Source: an uncultured Alphaproteobacteria bacterium
Lineage (GTDB): Bacteria; Pseudomonadota; Alphaproteobacteria; Rhizobiales; Xanthobacteraceae
Direction: 5' to 3'
Assembly: GCA_963703845.1 (NCBI GenBank)
Contig: CAVPFQ010000025.1
Coordinates: forward strand, 105,486 to 169,485
DNA length: 64,000 bases
The notes below the pieces were generated by a model. It saw only the letters and a list, made by a program, of their open reading frames with translations. It searched no databases and was not told the origin of the DNA. The position numbers and the translations under genes were made by a program. Shown piece by piece: positions 42,032-54,127 of the stretch (position 1 is its first letter; each line of letters opens with the position of its first letter).

Positions 42032-42790
42032 ATGCCCGACGCCATCCGGCCGCTGATCGCCGGCAATTGGAAGATGAACGGCTTGAAATCGTCCTCGGCC
42101 GAATTCGAGGCCATGCTTGCGGGCGCCTCGGAGGTGGCGGCCAAGGCCGACCTCCTGGTCTGCCCGCCGGCAACCCTGCTCGCGGCCTTCGCGGACAGGG
42201 CGCGCGGCGCCAGGGCGCTCAAAGTGGGTGCACAGGACTGCCATCCGAAACCGTCCGGCGCCCATACCGGCGATATATCGGCGGAAATGCTGGCGGACGC
42301 GGGCGCCAGCGCCGTCATCGTCGGCCACTCCGAGCGCCGCGCCGATCATGGCGAGACCGATGTCGAGGTCCGGCAAAAGGCCGAAGCCGCCTGGCGCGCG
42401 GGTCTCACCGCGATCGTCTGCATTGGAGAGACCCAACACCAGCGCGATGCCGGGCAAACCTTGGATATCTGTGGCGGCCAGCTCAACCTTTCGCTGCCGG
42501 ATGGCGCGCGATCCGACAATCTCGTCGTGGCCTATGAGCCGGTCTGGGCGATCGGCACGGGGCTGACCCCGACGGTGAGGGATGTCGAGCAAATTCATCG
42601 GTTTATCCGGGAACTCCTGATGGCGAGATTTAACGGGGAAGGGGCGGCAATCCGGATTCTCTATGGCGGCTCGGTAAAACCTTCGAATGCTCGCGAATTG
42701 ATGGCGGTGGCCAACGTCAACGGGGCGTTGGTCGGCGGCGCCAGCCTGAAGGCCGCCGACTTTCTGGCGATCGCAGCGGGTTGCCCCTAA
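42032..42790 (+). CDS. tpiA: Triosephosphate isomerase
   Basis: [34 protein letters not shown]. Confidence 0.97.
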   Translation: MPDAIRPLIAGNWKMNGLKSSSAEFEAMLAGASEVAAKADLLVCPPATLLAAFADRARGARALKVGAQDCHPKPSGAHTGDISAEMLADAGASAVIVGHSERRADHGETDVEVRQKAEAAWRAGLTAIVCIGETQHQRDAGQTLDICGGQLNLSLPDGARSDNLVVAYEPVWAIGTGLTPTVRDVEQIHRFIRELLMARFNGEGAAIRILYGGSVKPSNARELMAVANVNGALVGGASLKAADFLAIAAGCP

Positions 42791-43320
42791 CCGGCGGGTC
42801 GCGCCTCGATCCGCTTCCAGTAGATCATGGTGCCCGTGAGCCCGCCATGCGGCTTCAAGGCGTAGTCCGGAATGACCCCGGTCAGCTGGAATCCGATTCT
42901 TTCGTAAAGCCCCGAGGCGCCATCCTCGACCGCGGTGTCGAGCACCAGCATTGTGCGTCCGCGCTCGACGGCCATGCGCTCGGCCTCGTGCATCAACGCC
43001 TTCGCCACACCGCGGCCACGATGACTGATCCGGGTCATCATTTTGGCGATTTCGGCACGGTGCGGCTGGTTCGGCGGCAGGTCCAGCAGCAGCGTGACGG
43101 TGCCGATCAGGTTCTCGCCATCGAAGGCGCCGAGAACGATGCGTTCATTCCGATCGGCTGATGCGAGCGATTGCCGCCAGAAGTTTTCCGCCGTCCCCTG
43201 TGCCAGCGGGTGCATGAAGCTGACCGAGCCGCCGCTCGCCACCGCCTCGATCAGGATTTCGCTCAGTGCAGCGCAGATCATCGGCTGTGAATTCAACGCT
43301 GCGATCTTGAATTCCGGCAT
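42787..43320 (-). CDS. GNAT-family N-acetyltransferase
   Basis: [11 protein letters not shown] acetyl-CoA motif; LYERIGF. Confidence 0.85.
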   Translation of the reverse strand: MPEFKIAALNSQPMICAALSEILIEAVASGGSVSFMHPLAQGTAENFWRQSLASADRNERIVLGAFDGENLIGTVTLLLDLPPNQPHRAEIAKMMTRISHRGRGVAKALMHEAERMAVERGRTMLVLDTAVEDGASGLYERIGFQLTGVIPDYALKPHGGLTGTMIYWKRIEARPAG

Positions 43321-43324
43321 CACT

Positions 43325-43888
43325 TTAGCTCCGTGCGAGGACGACGACATAGGCGCAGGGCGCGCTGGTCTCGTTACGGAAGGTCACCTCGGATGGCGGC
43401 CCGAACCCAAGGCAATCGCCGGCTCCAAGTTCGTGCCGCTCGCCGGCTTCGATGATGACGAGGTTGCCGGTGCGCACCCAGACGGTCTGACGGATGTGGG
43501 CGTAGGACGAAGCGGGCAGCACGACCTGCTGCCTGGGCGGGAGTTCGACGTCGATGATCTCGAGGGGGTGGTCGGACCGGTTGAACACTTGCCTGCGCCG
43601 ATAGCCGGTCTTGGGGTCGCGCCAGACCGGCTGTTCAGCCGCCCGGGTCAGCCGTTCCTGGCCTTCCGCCCGCAACAGCAAGCCGGCGAGCGTGAGGTCG
43701 AAGGCGCCGGCCAGCCGAACCAGGATCACAGCGGTCGGGCTCACCTCTTCGCGCTCGATCTTGCTGATCGTCGCCTTTGAGACGCCCGAGCGTTCCGCGA
43801 GATCGGCCAGCGACCAGCCGCGGCTCTCGCGCTCCAGCCGCAAACGGGCTGCAATGCGCGGCGCAGTATCATCCAATAAAACAGACAT
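43325..43888 (-). CDS. XRE-family HTH regulator with a cupin domain
   Basis: SLADLAERSGVSKATISKIER..SPT; C-terminal cupin (ELGAGDCL). Confidence 0.88.
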   Translation of the reverse strand: MSVLLDDTAPRIAARLRLERESRGWSLADLAERSGVSKATISKIEREEVSPTAVILVRLAGAFDLTLAGLLLRAEGQERLTRAAEQPVWRDPKTGYRRRQVFNRSDHPLEIIDVELPPRQQVVLPASSYAHIRQTVWVRTGNLVIIEAGERHELGAGDCLGFGPPSEVTFRNETSAPCAYVVVLARS

Positions 43889-44107
43889 TCGTCTATCATA
43901 ATAGATGATCGCGAAACGGCAAGACGTCAGCCCGGTCGAAGCCGCGGTGACCCCACTGCAAATATGCAGCGAAGGGATTATCTACCCCGTGCTGCTCCCA
44001 GGGGTGACAATGCCCCGTCCGATCGTGTAACACCGCGCCACTTCGAACCCCGCAAACCCCCGTGCAGCCGGACCTCGGCCGCCCCTGGTTTGTGACGGAA
44101 GGTAGAA

Positions 44108-44506
44108 ATGCAGACTGTCGCTATCGTCATTCATCTCATGATCGTCGCGGTGCTGATCGCGACCGTGCTCCTGCAGAAATCGGAAGGCGGCGGCCTCGGC
44201 ATGGGCGGCGGCGCCGGTTTCATGTCGAGCCGCGGCACAGCCAACCTTTTGACGCGCACCACGGCGGTGCTCGCCGTAGGCTTCTTTGCCACCAGCCTGT
44301 TTCTGTCGTGGTATGCAAGCTACACGCGCGCGCCGAGTTCGATCATCGGTGCGACGCCTGCCTCGCAGTCGCAGCCGGCCGGCGGAGCGGCGCCGATCGC
44401 ACCGCCGACCTCTGGCGGCATTCTGGATTCGCTGAAGAAAGCCGACGAGCAGCAACAGCGGAATCAGCCGGCACCCTCGGGGCCGCAGGCGCCGCGCTCG
44501 CAATAA
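44108..44506 (+). CDS. secG: Preprotein translocase subunit SecG
   Basis: VLLQKSEGGGLG...NLLTRTT; sits between tpiA and pyrG. Confidence 0.93.
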   Translation: MQTVAIVIHLMIVAVLIATVLLQKSEGGGLGMGGGAGFMSSRGTANLLTRTTAVLAVGFFATSLFLSWYASYTRAPSSIIGATPASQSQPAGGAAPIAPPTSGGILDSLKKADEQQQRNQPAPSGPQAPRSQ

Positions 44507-44518
44507 AGCAGAGGGGCC

Positions 44519-44546
44519 ATGCAGGATGGCATCTGCCGTCCTGCAT
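44519..44546. terminator. Hairpin after secG
   Basis: atgcaggatggc-atct-gccgtcctgcat stem-loop; no strong U tract. Confidence 0.45.
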
Positions 44547-44660
44547 CAGAAGTCCCAGTTAAGCTTTTGATTTCACTTTAGATTAAACTTCACCCACAGC
44601 CCCGCAAATTGTTCGCTGCGGCCTTCGATTCGCTTTGGCGAATCGGTGCCATGGCCTTAA

Positions 44661-46304
<1,644 letters not shown>

Positions 46305-46332
46305 GCAGGCAGCGTCGATCAGCGTGCTTTCC

Positions 46333-46514
46333 TTACACCGGAATCTTGGTCGGCGTTTTCTGAGGTCCGCGGTTTGGCAGCATGCGAGCAAGTTCGCCTG
46401 GCTTCAAATCCTTCAAGCGTACCCTTCCGGAAACTTCGCGGCCCAGGCAAAGTCTGCCTTCGTCCACTCCGGATTGTCGTCGTCGAAGACAGGTTTCCTA
46501 AGTTTTCGGGGCAT
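46333..46514 (-). pseudogene. brnA: Decayed BrnA-family antitoxin
   Basis: MPRKLRKPVFDDDNPEWTKADFAWA..., frameshift near 46420, then RGPQKTPTKIPV-stop; the RHH C-terminus is missing. Confidence 0.75.
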
Positions 46515-46751
46515 GGCGTCTCATTTCCCTTGCATGCGCTCGCCGGAGGCCAATCGGACGATATCGTTCGTTGCGAACGGTGAACACGAGGCAGTACGAA
46601 ATGCCATCGATGACTCCGTATGCGCGATATCGGGTTCGCCGTAGTCGAACCGGTCGTCCCTGACGATGTCGAAAACCTCAAGATCGATCCGGCGCGCCGG
46701 CGATATGCCGTGCTTCGCGAGATTGATGGCCTCCTTGGCCGGATCGAAATC
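46498..46751 (-). pseudogene. brnT: Decayed BrnT-family toxin
   Basis: FDPAKEAINLAKHGIS...DDRFDYGEP, frameshift, RYRAYGVIDG...VFTVR...RPIGLRRAHARE; no start codon found. Confidence 0.78.
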
Positions 46752-46760
46752 AGCCCTTTA

Positions 46761-46772
46761 TTGTATATACAA
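46761..46772. promoter_or_regulatory. Perfect palindrome, candidate TA operator
   Basis: TTGTATATACAA immediately 5' of the brnT relic. Confidence 0.5.
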
Positions 46773-46892
46773 TTTGCCGGGGTTGTGGTCAGCCGGGCAG
46801 GGGCGAGCAGAGGCGCTATGCGATCATCCCCTCAAGACAGCATTCGGTGCAGCCGCTATAAGCGCCGACGAAACAATCAGGGAGGACCATCG

Positions 46893-47219
46893 ATGATCTA
46901 CGAGATGCGCGTCTATCGTTGCCTGCCGGGCCGGCTGCCGGCGTTGCTCAAACGCTTCGACACCATCACGCTGAAACTGTGGGAGAAGCACGGTATCAAG
47001 CAGGCCGGGTTCTTCACCACGCTGGTCGGTGAATCCAACCAGGAATTGACCTACTTCCTGGCTTGGGAGTCGCTCGCCGAGCGTGAGAAGAAATGGGGCG
47101 CGTTTGCTGCCGATCCGGACTGGATCTCGGCGCGGGCGAAGACCGAGGAGGATGGCCAGATCGTCGGCAACATCGTCAATCAGCTGCTGGTGCCGACCTC
47201 GTTCTCGTCGGTGAAGTGA
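46893..47219 (+). CDS. NIPSNAP-family protein
   Basis: IYEMRVYRCLPGR...WESLAERE; GGAGG RBS. Confidence 0.88.
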   Translation: MIYEMRVYRCLPGRLPALLKRFDTITLKLWEKHGIKQAGFFTTLVGESNQELTYFLAWESLAEREKKWGAFAADPDWISARAKTEEDGQIVGNIVNQLLVPTSFSSVK

Positions 47220-47225
47220 CCGGCA

Positions 47226-48101
47226 TTGCCTCACGGCATCGACCACATCGTGCACGCCGTTCGCGATCTCGACGCGGCCGGCGCGCTCTATCGCCGGCTC
47301 GGCTTCACCGTCGGGGCGCGCAACCGTCACGACTGGGGCACGCATAACCGGATCGTGCAGTTCAAAACGGCGTTCGTCGAATTGCTGGAGATCGGCGAGC
47401 CCGACAGGATCCCTCCTCACAACGGGCGGTTCTTTTCGTTCGGCGCTTTCAACCGCGACTACATCAAGTCGCGCGAGGGGCTTTCGATGCTGATCGGGAA
47501 AAGCTCCGATGCGATCGAGGATGCGGCCTCGTTCGAAGCCGCCGGAATTTCCGGGTTCGACGTGTTCGATTTCTCGCGTGAGGGCAAACGGCCCGACGGA
47601 TCAAAGGTGAAGGTCGCGTTCTCGCTTGCCTTTGCCCGCGATCCGTCGTCGCCCAATCTCGGTTTTGCCGTTTGCCAGCAACATTACCCGGAGAACTTCT
47701 GGAATCCGGACTTTCAGCGCCACGCCAACGGCGCGATCGGAATCCCTTCCATCGTGATGGTTGCCGACAATCCGACCGATCATCATATCTTTCTGAAAGC
47801 CTTCACCGGCGTCAGCGACCTGCATTCGAGCTCGCTCGGCATCACCGCGCGCACCGAGAACGGTGACATCGAGATCATGTCGCCGATCGCCTTTCGCGAC
47901 CAGTTCGGCGCCGTGCCTGATTTAAGCGGCGAGGGGATGACCCTGAATGCGATACGCTTTGCGGTCGCCGACCTGGCGGAGGTCGAAACCCTGCTGCGGC
48001 AGAACGCGATCCCGGCGCAGCGCCATGTCGGGCGGCTGGTGGTGGCGCCGGATCTCGCCCATGGCGCAACCCTGATATTCGAACCTTCCAAAATGGGTTG
48101 A
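47226..48101 (+). CDS. Glyoxalase-like (VOC) domain protein
   Basis: IDHIVHAVRDL...LGF...HDWGTHNRIV; TTG start. Confidence 0.82.
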   Translation: MPHGIDHIVHAVRDLDAAGALYRRLGFTVGARNRHDWGTHNRIVQFKTAFVELLEIGEPDRIPPHNGRFFSFGAFNRDYIKSREGLSMLIGKSSDAIEDAASFEAAGISGFDVFDFSREGKRPDGSKVKVAFSLAFARDPSSPNLGFAVCQQHYPENFWNPDFQRHANGAIGIPSIVMVADNPTDHHIFLKAFTGVSDLHSSSLGITARTENGDIEIMSPIAFRDQFGAVPDLSGEGMTLNAIRFAVADLAEVETLLRQNAIPAQRHVGRLVVAPDLAHGATLIFEPSKMG

Positions 48102-48152
48102 TCCGGTCGCCGCTGCCCGGCATGGTCCGATCCGCAAACGAAGGAAAAGGTC

Positions 48153-49028
48153 TTGAACGCCAACATTTCAGCCGCGCCGGTCGTTACCGCCGGATCGGTC
48201 AAATTCGGCAATGAGTTGCCGATTTCGATCATTGCCGGCCCGTGCCAGCTCGAGAGCCGGGCGCACGCGCTCGAGGTCGCTTCCGCGCTGAAGGAGATCG
48301 CAACCCGGCTCGGGGTCGGCCTCGTCTACAAAACCTCGTTCGACAAGGCCAACCGCACCAGCGTGTCGGCGGCGCGCGGCATCGGCCTTGCGCAGGCGCT
48401 GCCGGTGTTTGCGGAAATTCGCGCCTCGCTCGGCCTGCCCGTGCTCACCGACGTCCACGAGGCCGCGCAATGCGCCGAAGTCGCGCAGGCCGTCGACGTA
48501 CTGCAAATTCCGGCGTTCCTGTGCCGGCAGACCGATCTGTTGCTGGCGGCGGCCGCGACCGGCAAAGTCATCAACGTCAAGAAGGGTCAGTTCCTCGCGC
48601 CCTGGGACATGGCCAACGTCGTCGCCAAGATCACCGGCGCCGGCAACGCCAATGTGCTGGTCACCGAGCGCGGCGCCTCGTTCGGCTACAACACGCTGGT
48701 GTCGGACATGCGCGCGCTGCCGATACTGGCGCGCACCACCGGCGCGCCGGTGATTTTCGACGCCACCCATTCGGTGCAGCAGCCGGGCGGCAAGGGGACA
48801 TCGTCGGGGGGCGAGCGCGAATTCGTCGCCGTGCTGGCGCGCGCGGCGGTGGCCGTCGGCGTCGCCGGCGTGTTCATCGAGACCCATCCAGATCCGGATC
48901 ATGCGCCCTCCGACGGCCCCAACATGGTGCCGTTACGCGAGTTCGAGGGTCTGGTACGGACGCTGATGGCGTTCGACGCGCTCGCCAAGAAACTGGAAAA
49001 GAAGCTCGAAAAGAACGCAGCGCGCTGA
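48153..49028 (+). CDS. kdsA: KDO 8-phosphate synthase
   Basis: GPCQLES, SFDKANRTS, QIPAFLCRQTD, DATHSVQQPG. Confidence 0.96.
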   Translation: MNANISAAPVVTAGSVKFGNELPISIIAGPCQLESRAHALEVASALKEIATRLGVGLVYKTSFDKANRTSVSAARGIGLAQALPVFAEIRASLGLPVLTDVHEAAQCAEVAQAVDVLQIPAFLCRQTDLLLAAAATGKVINVKKGQFLAPWDMANVVAKITGAGNANVLVTERGASFGYNTLVSDMRALPILARTTGAPVIFDATHSVQQPGGKGTSSGGEREFVAVLARAAVAVGVAGVFIETHPDPDHAPSDGPNMVPLREFEGLVRTLMAFDALAKKLEKKLEKNAAR

Positions 49029-50236
49029 TGCACCAGACGTCGCGGCGGCCGCTCGATCAGCGCATGCCGCCGGTCCTCAATATCATTGCGCTCTCGACAT
49101 TCGCGGCGAGCCTGTCGGCGCGCGCGCTGGATCCGGTGCTGCCCCATGTCGCCGGCGATTTCGGCGTCAGCATCGCCACCGCCGCAGCTTTTGCATCGGT
49201 ATTCGCCTTCACCTTTGCCATCATCCAGCCGCTGCTCGGCGCCGCCGCCGATCTGTTCGGCAAGGCGCGCCTCGTGATCGTGTGCCTGGTGCTGCTCGGG
49301 CTTGCCAATGTTCTCGGCGCCTTGTCGTCGTCGTTTTCGCTGCTGTTTGCCTCGAGGATCCTGGCGGGAATTGGCGCCGGCGGCGTGTTTCCGATTTCGC
49401 TGGGGTTGACCAGCGATCTGGTCGGACCGGAAAAGCGGCAGGTGGCGATCGGGCGAACGCTGGCGGGGTCGATGACCGGTAATTTGCTTGGGGCATCGCT
49501 GTCGGGCCTGATCGGCGATTTGCTCGGCTGGCGCGGCGTGCTCGCGGTGCTCGGCTCGCTTGCAATCGTGGCCTCGGTCGCGGTCGCGCTGGGCTTTCGC
49601 GGCGGCGGACTGGCGCGGGCGCCGGCAAAAGTCGACCTCTCGGTGCTCAAGCACGGCTATCGCACCATCTTTGCCAATCCGAACGCGAAGGTCTGCTACG
49701 GCGCGGTGTTCATCGAGGGTTGCTGCGTGCTCGGCCTGTTTCCCTACGTCGCGTCGTTCCTGTTCGAGCAGGGGGTCACCAGCCTTTCCATCAGCGGACT
49801 CGTCATTGCCGGCTTCGCGGTCGGCGGATTGTTCTACACTTTCAGCGTGTCTCGCTTGCTGCCGCGGCTCGGCGTCAACAACATGATGATTTCGGGTGCA
49901 GCCCTGATGGGCCTGCAATTGGCCATCGTCGCATTCGGCCCGCGCTGGCAGTTTCAGTTCGGCAATTTCATCCTGATGGGTTGGGGCTTCTACATGATCC
50001 ACGGGTCGCTGCAGGTGTTTGCCAGCGAACTCACGGTGGAAGCCCGCGCCACCGCGCTGTCGCTGCACTCATTCTTCTTTTTCATGGGCCAGACCGTCGG
50101 CCCGATTGCCTATGGCTTCGGCATCGAGCATGCCGGAAAAATCTCGACCATGCTGACGAGCGCAGCCGTGATCATGGTGCTTGGCTTGATCTGCGCACGG
50201 TTGCTGCGGCAGACGAGGCCGAAGGATGCTGTCTGA
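49028..50236 (+). CDS. MFS transporter
   Basis: About 12 hydrophobic segments, GAAADLFGKAR motif A; TGATG overlap with kdsA. Confidence 0.85.
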   Translation: MHQTSRRPLDQRMPPVLNIIALSTFAASLSARALDPVLPHVAGDFGVSIATAAAFASVFAFTFAIIQPLLGAAADLFGKARLVIVCLVLLGLANVLGALSSSFSLLFASRILAGIGAGGVFPISLGLTSDLVGPEKRQVAIGRTLAGSMTGNLLGASLSGLIGDLLGWRGVLAVLGSLAIVASVAVALGFRGGGLARAPAKVDLSVLKHGYRTIFANPNAKVCYGAVFIEGCCVLGLFPYVASFLFEQGVTSLSISGLVIAGFAVGGLFYTFSVSRLLPRLGVNNMMISGAALMGLQLAIVAFGPRWQFQFGNFILMGWGFYMIHGSLQVFASELTVEARATALSLHSFFFFMGQTVGPIAYGFGIEHAGKISTMLTSAAVIMVLGLICARLLRQTRPKDAV

Positions 50237-50292
50237 GCCGCGGCGACGGGGCGTCCGGACAGATTGCGAGCTCGTCCGGAAGATTGCAGGCC

Positions 50293-53200
50293 TTACCAGG
50301 TGTAGCGCACGACGCCCTTGCCGGCGTAGGAGTTGGTGACCTGCGAGAACTCGCCCTCGAAGGTCGCCGCCGCCGACCAGCCGTTCATCCATTTCACCTC
50401 GGCGGAAGCCGTCGTCAGCGCGGAATCATGCGCCTGCGCCGCGCCGTTGACGACGAAACTTGCCCCCGGCAGCGCCTGGAACGTGGCGCCGATGCTGCGG
50501 TCGGGGTCGAAATCATGCGCCCAGGCGAAACGCCCGCGCAACGTCAGGATCGAATTCGTCATCGCCCAGGACTTGTCGGTGCGGATGCCGAGCTCGCTGC
50601 GCGTGTCGGTGACGTCCCTGGCACCATAAGCCAGTGCAAAGGTGTTGGCCCCAACGATCGCCCGCTCGGCATAGGCCGGCAGGTCGAAGGTCGTGAACTG
50701 CGCGGCGGCGTAGGGCGTGATGCCCATCCATGGCGTCGCGAAGCGATAGCCGCCTTCGGCCCGGCCGGAATACGCATTGGCGTTGAAGCGCGCCTGCAGC
50801 TGGTCGATGCCGGCGATGGTGACGGTGCGGTTGGTCGTGATGTCCTGCCAGCCGTAGGCGAGCGCGGCCGAGATGTAGGCCGGTCCGGCGGTGTGACGCA
50901 CATAGGCGCCGGCCTGGAACAGGTCGGAACGTCCGCTGCCAAATCCGTTGACGCTGAAATTGGTGCCGCCGCCGGCAAGGGCAAAGCCGGCCAGCGTGTA
51001 CGGCGAGAAGTGATAGTCGGCGCCCACGGCCGTACCGGCGATGCTGCTGGTCGTGTTGTTCGATCCGACCGCCGCGTTGCCGTCGGTGGTTTGCGAGCCG
51101 CCATAACCCGCGGCCCACACGCTCCAGCTTGGAACAAACGGAGCGGCCGGCGGCGCCTTGTGCCAGATCGCGGCAAAGGCGTCGCTGCTCGAACGAGATG
51201 CTGCCGTGTAACTCTCCGCGGCGAATGGCGTCGCGCCCGGGCCGCCGGTCCCGCCTCCGCCGCTGCCGCTGCCGCCGAAGAACGGATCGGTCAGCAGCCC
51301 CATGAACAGGCCCATTGCGTTGAACGTGGCCTGCTGCGATCCGGTCGCGGTCTCGCCCGAGGCCTGCGTGAGACCCGCCGGCGTCAATCCGCCGAATACC
51401 AGCGGAATGCTGCCAGTTGAATTGAAGAAGCCGACAATCGCGTTGGCTACATTCTGCTGGTTTTGATTGAGGCCACCATTCGGCGGCGGAACGAAGTTCA
51501 GCGACAGGTTCAGGAACGCGTCGTTGGCGTCGTAACTCAGGCTGGTCTTGAAATTCGACGGCAGGTTGCTGTTGACCAGCGAGCCGAATGTGCCGCTGAC
51601 GCCGCTGGTCGCGGTCAGGATGGTATATTTCTTCGCGACATAGCTGCCATTGGCATAGATCGCATTCACCGTGGCGCCGTTCAGCGTCGCCGTGCCGGTG
51701 ACACTGGCGAACGATGCGGTGGAGGGATTGACCGTTACCACATACAGTGCGCCCGAGGCGAAAGCGAGACTACCGCTCACGGTCATGAAGGTGCCGGGCG
51801 TGCCATTGCCTGGCGCAAAGCCGCCGCCGCTAGCGATCGTGGTATTGCCGACCGTGCCTGTGCCGGTCAGCGAGCCGCCGGTATTCACGGTGGTCAGGGT
51901 GGACGCGGCAATCGAACCGTTCACGTTCAGGATGCCGCCGTTGACGGTGGTGGCGCCGGTGTAGGTGTTGGTGCCGGTCAGGCTCACGGTCCCGGAATTC
52001 ACGTTGACCGCGCCCACGCCGGAGATGGTGTTTGAATAGGTAAATGTGCCGGCGCCGAGCGCGAAGTTCACCGTGTTGCCCGAGCCCTGGCCGACGATGT
52101 TGCCGGCGATGGCGCCGCCACTGATATTCACCGTGTTGGCCAGCGGCGACAGCAGGATGTTGCCGGTGATGGTACCAGCTTGCTGATTGATGGTCGTCAA
52201 CGTGCCCTCACCGCCATTGACCGTCCACAAATCGATCGCCGTTCCGCCGGTGCCCGTGATGTTGCCGCTGTTGGTGATGCCGCCCGCGACCGTGCTACCG
52301 CCGCCGACGACGATCCCGGTCTTTGCGGTGATGCTGCCTTGATTGGTTATTCCGCCCGTGACCGTGGATGCGAAACCGGAGAGCCTGATCGGGGTCTGAT
52401 TGCTGACGAGAATGCCGACGCCGTTGGCGCTATTGATCGCGCCGGCCGACGTGTTGGCGATGCCATTGGTAACCGTTCCTCCGACCAGCGCGATGCCGGC
52501 AAAACCGGTGCCGTTGCTGGTGAGCGTCCCACTGTTGCTGATCCCGCCGGCAACGTGCGCCACGCCAAAGGTGTTGGTCGTATTCACCACCAGGATGCCG
52601 TTTCTGGCAGCCGTAATCTGGTTGCTGTTGAGAACGGCGCCTCCAATATTGCTGAAGGCGAAGATACCAATGCCGTCGCGTCCGGTGGCATTGATCGTGC
52701 CGGTATTGGAAATGTTTCCGGTGACGTTACTGGACACGACATTGCTGCTGCCGAACATGGCGATGCCATAGCCCCCGGAATTCATAATTCCGCTGTTGAT
52801 GACTGAGCCGCCTATCGACGTCGGGGCCAATAAAATTCCATAGCGGGTAGAGGTGATGGTGCCGGCATTGGTGACTGTGCCGGTAATGGACGAACTGCCG
52901 GCAATGCTCATGCCCGCGGAGCCGGTGGTCGTAATCGTACCGGTAGACGAATTGGTGACGTTGCCCGCGATCGTCGCCCCGGTGTTGATTTCGAAGCCGT
53001 GACCGAGGGTAAGGTTTAGCTTGCCGTCGTTGATGATCGAGCCCCCGAGATGGGCATTGTTGGTCACCCCAATTCCGACTTCGCCCGAGATGGTTCCGTT
53101 GATGTCATTGGTAATCGAGCCGGTCACCACCGACCCCGTCCCACTCAGGCTGATGCCTGTTGTGCCCGAAGAGCCAACGCCGACGAGCAGTGAGCCGGAA

Positions 53201-53616
53201 TTGGTGATCGAGCCATTGAGGGTCGCGCCCGCACCCGGCGAGGTCGGCGGCGTCCCGAAATTTCCGCTACCGATATTGATGTTCACATAATTCGACGTGA
53301 TGGTGCCCTTATTGACGATGTTGCCGGTAAGGGTCGTTCCGGGGGCGAGGACGCTGATGCCGGAGGCGGTTCCGGGAAGCGGCCCACCCTCCACAGCGGT
53401 GGTCGTGAGCGACCCCGTCGCCTCGTTGGTGACGTTGCCCGCGAAGGCGCCGCCGCCGTTATAGGCGATGCAATCCTGCGCGGTGGTGTTGTCGACGCCG
53501 CCAGCCACGTTGTTATAGTGGCAGGCCGCCGCCTCGGCGGATCCTTGCAACCCGATGACCAGGGCCACCAGAGAACTCGTGGCCAGCAATCCGCCACGCA
53601 AGCCATGTCGTGCCAT
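50293..53616 (-). CDS. Type Va autotransporter (Gly/Asn/Thr/Ser-rich beta-helical passenger, PATR repeat, C-terminal barrel)
   Basis: Signal peptide; repeated I-x-N-x-G-x-I motifs; LTGTNTYTGATTVNGG; barrel ending VVRYTW. Confidence 0.92.
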   Translation of the reverse strand: MARHGLRGGLLATSSLVALVIGLQGSAEAAACHYNNVAGGVDNTTAQDCIAYNGGGAFAGNVTNEATGSLTTTAVEGGPLPGTASGISVLAPGTTLTGNIVNKGTITSNYVNINIGSGNFGTPPTSPGAGATLNGSITNSGSLLVGVGSSGTTGISLSGTGSVVTGSITNDINGTISGEVGIGVTNNAHLGGSIINDGKLNLTLGHGFEINTGATIAGNVTNSSTGTITTTGSAGMSIAGSSSITGTVTNAGTITSTRYGILLAPTSIGGSVINSGIMNSGGYGIAMFGSSNVVSSNVTGNISNTGTINATGRDGIGIFAFSNIGGAVLNSNQITAARNGILVVNTTNTFGVAHVAGGISNSGTLTSNGTGFAGIALVGGTVTNGIANTSAGAINSANGVGILVSNQTPIRLSGFASTVTGGITNQGSITAKTGIVVGGGSTVAGGITNSGNITGTGGTAIDLWTVNGGEGTLTTINQQAGTITGNILLSPLANTVNISGGAIAGNIVGQGSGNTVNFALGAGTFTYSNTISGVGAVNVNSGTVSLTGTNTYTGATTVNGGILNVNGSIAASTLTTVNTGGSLTGTGTVGNTTIASGGGFAPGNGTPGTFMTVSGSLAFASGALYVVTVNPSTASFASVTGTATLNGATVNAIYANGSYVAKKYTILTATSGVSGTFGSLVNSNLPSNFKTSLSYDANDAFLNLSLNFVPPPNGGLNQNQQNVANAIVGFFNSTGSIPLVFGGLTPAGLTQASGETATGSQQATFNAMGLFMGLLTDPFFGGSGSGGGGTGGPGATPFAAESYTAASRSSSDAFAAIWHKAPPAAPFVPSWSVWAAGYGGSQTTDGNAAVGSNNTTSSIAGTAVGADYHFSPYTLAGFALAGGGTNFSVNGFGSGRSDLFQAGAYVRHTAGPAYISAALAYGWQDITTNRTVTIAGIDQLQARFNANAYSGRAEGGYRFATPWMGITPYAAAQFTTFDLPAYAERAIVGANTFALAYGARDVTDTRSELGIRTDKSWAMTNSILTLRGRFAWAHDFDPDRSIGATFQALPGASFVVNGAAQAHDSALTTASAEVKWMNGWSAAATFEGEFSQVTNSYAGKGVVRYTW

Positions 53617-54127
53617 GACCGATCCTTTGTCCTTGGGGGGAGCCCGGATCAACACAGACGCTACGTGACACCCCCCAAACCACGCAACGCTGTCGAGAGC
53701 GGCAAACTGCGGGAGAAGGCTAGCGAGGCCGGCTATGGGTGTAAAATAGAACTCAGCACGTTACCGAGCACAGCACCGAGTTAGTCTCTGTGTGTGCCTG
53801 TTCAGCAACATTCGGGAACCCACTCACCGCGATCCCGGCCCTTGCACCAGGCAATCTTCAATCATCACGCGAATAAGCGCGTCGGCGCTCGCGCAACAGG
53901 ATGCTAAACATCCAACGCGCATCGCGGGCACATCGTCAATTGAAGGTTGACTTTCGACAAAGCCCTTCCCGAAACCCGCGCCGCCGTGGCTGTGACAGGG
54001 CTTGGCACCGCGCTAAGATGGTTGCATTCGGCCGCCAACACGTTCAAGCGGAACAATCCAGCGGAGCTGACAACTGAGCGACAATCGCAATCCTCCCTCC
54101 ACCTCCGGCACCGCGCCCGAACTTCCC

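Noticed and set aside
42787-43888. XRE plus GNAT as a type II toxin-antitoxin pair
   Set aside because: The regulator is a 187-aa XRE-cupin, not a small RHH antitoxin; this fits a common regulator-acetyltransferase pair.
48985-49025. KKLEKKLEK duplication at the KdsA C-terminus
   Set aside because: Short tail duplication outside the catalytic domain with no evident function.
54001-54030. Sigma-54 promoter (TGGCAC) upstream of the TPR-sulfotransferase
   Set aside because: The -12 TTGC element is not at the required spacing.
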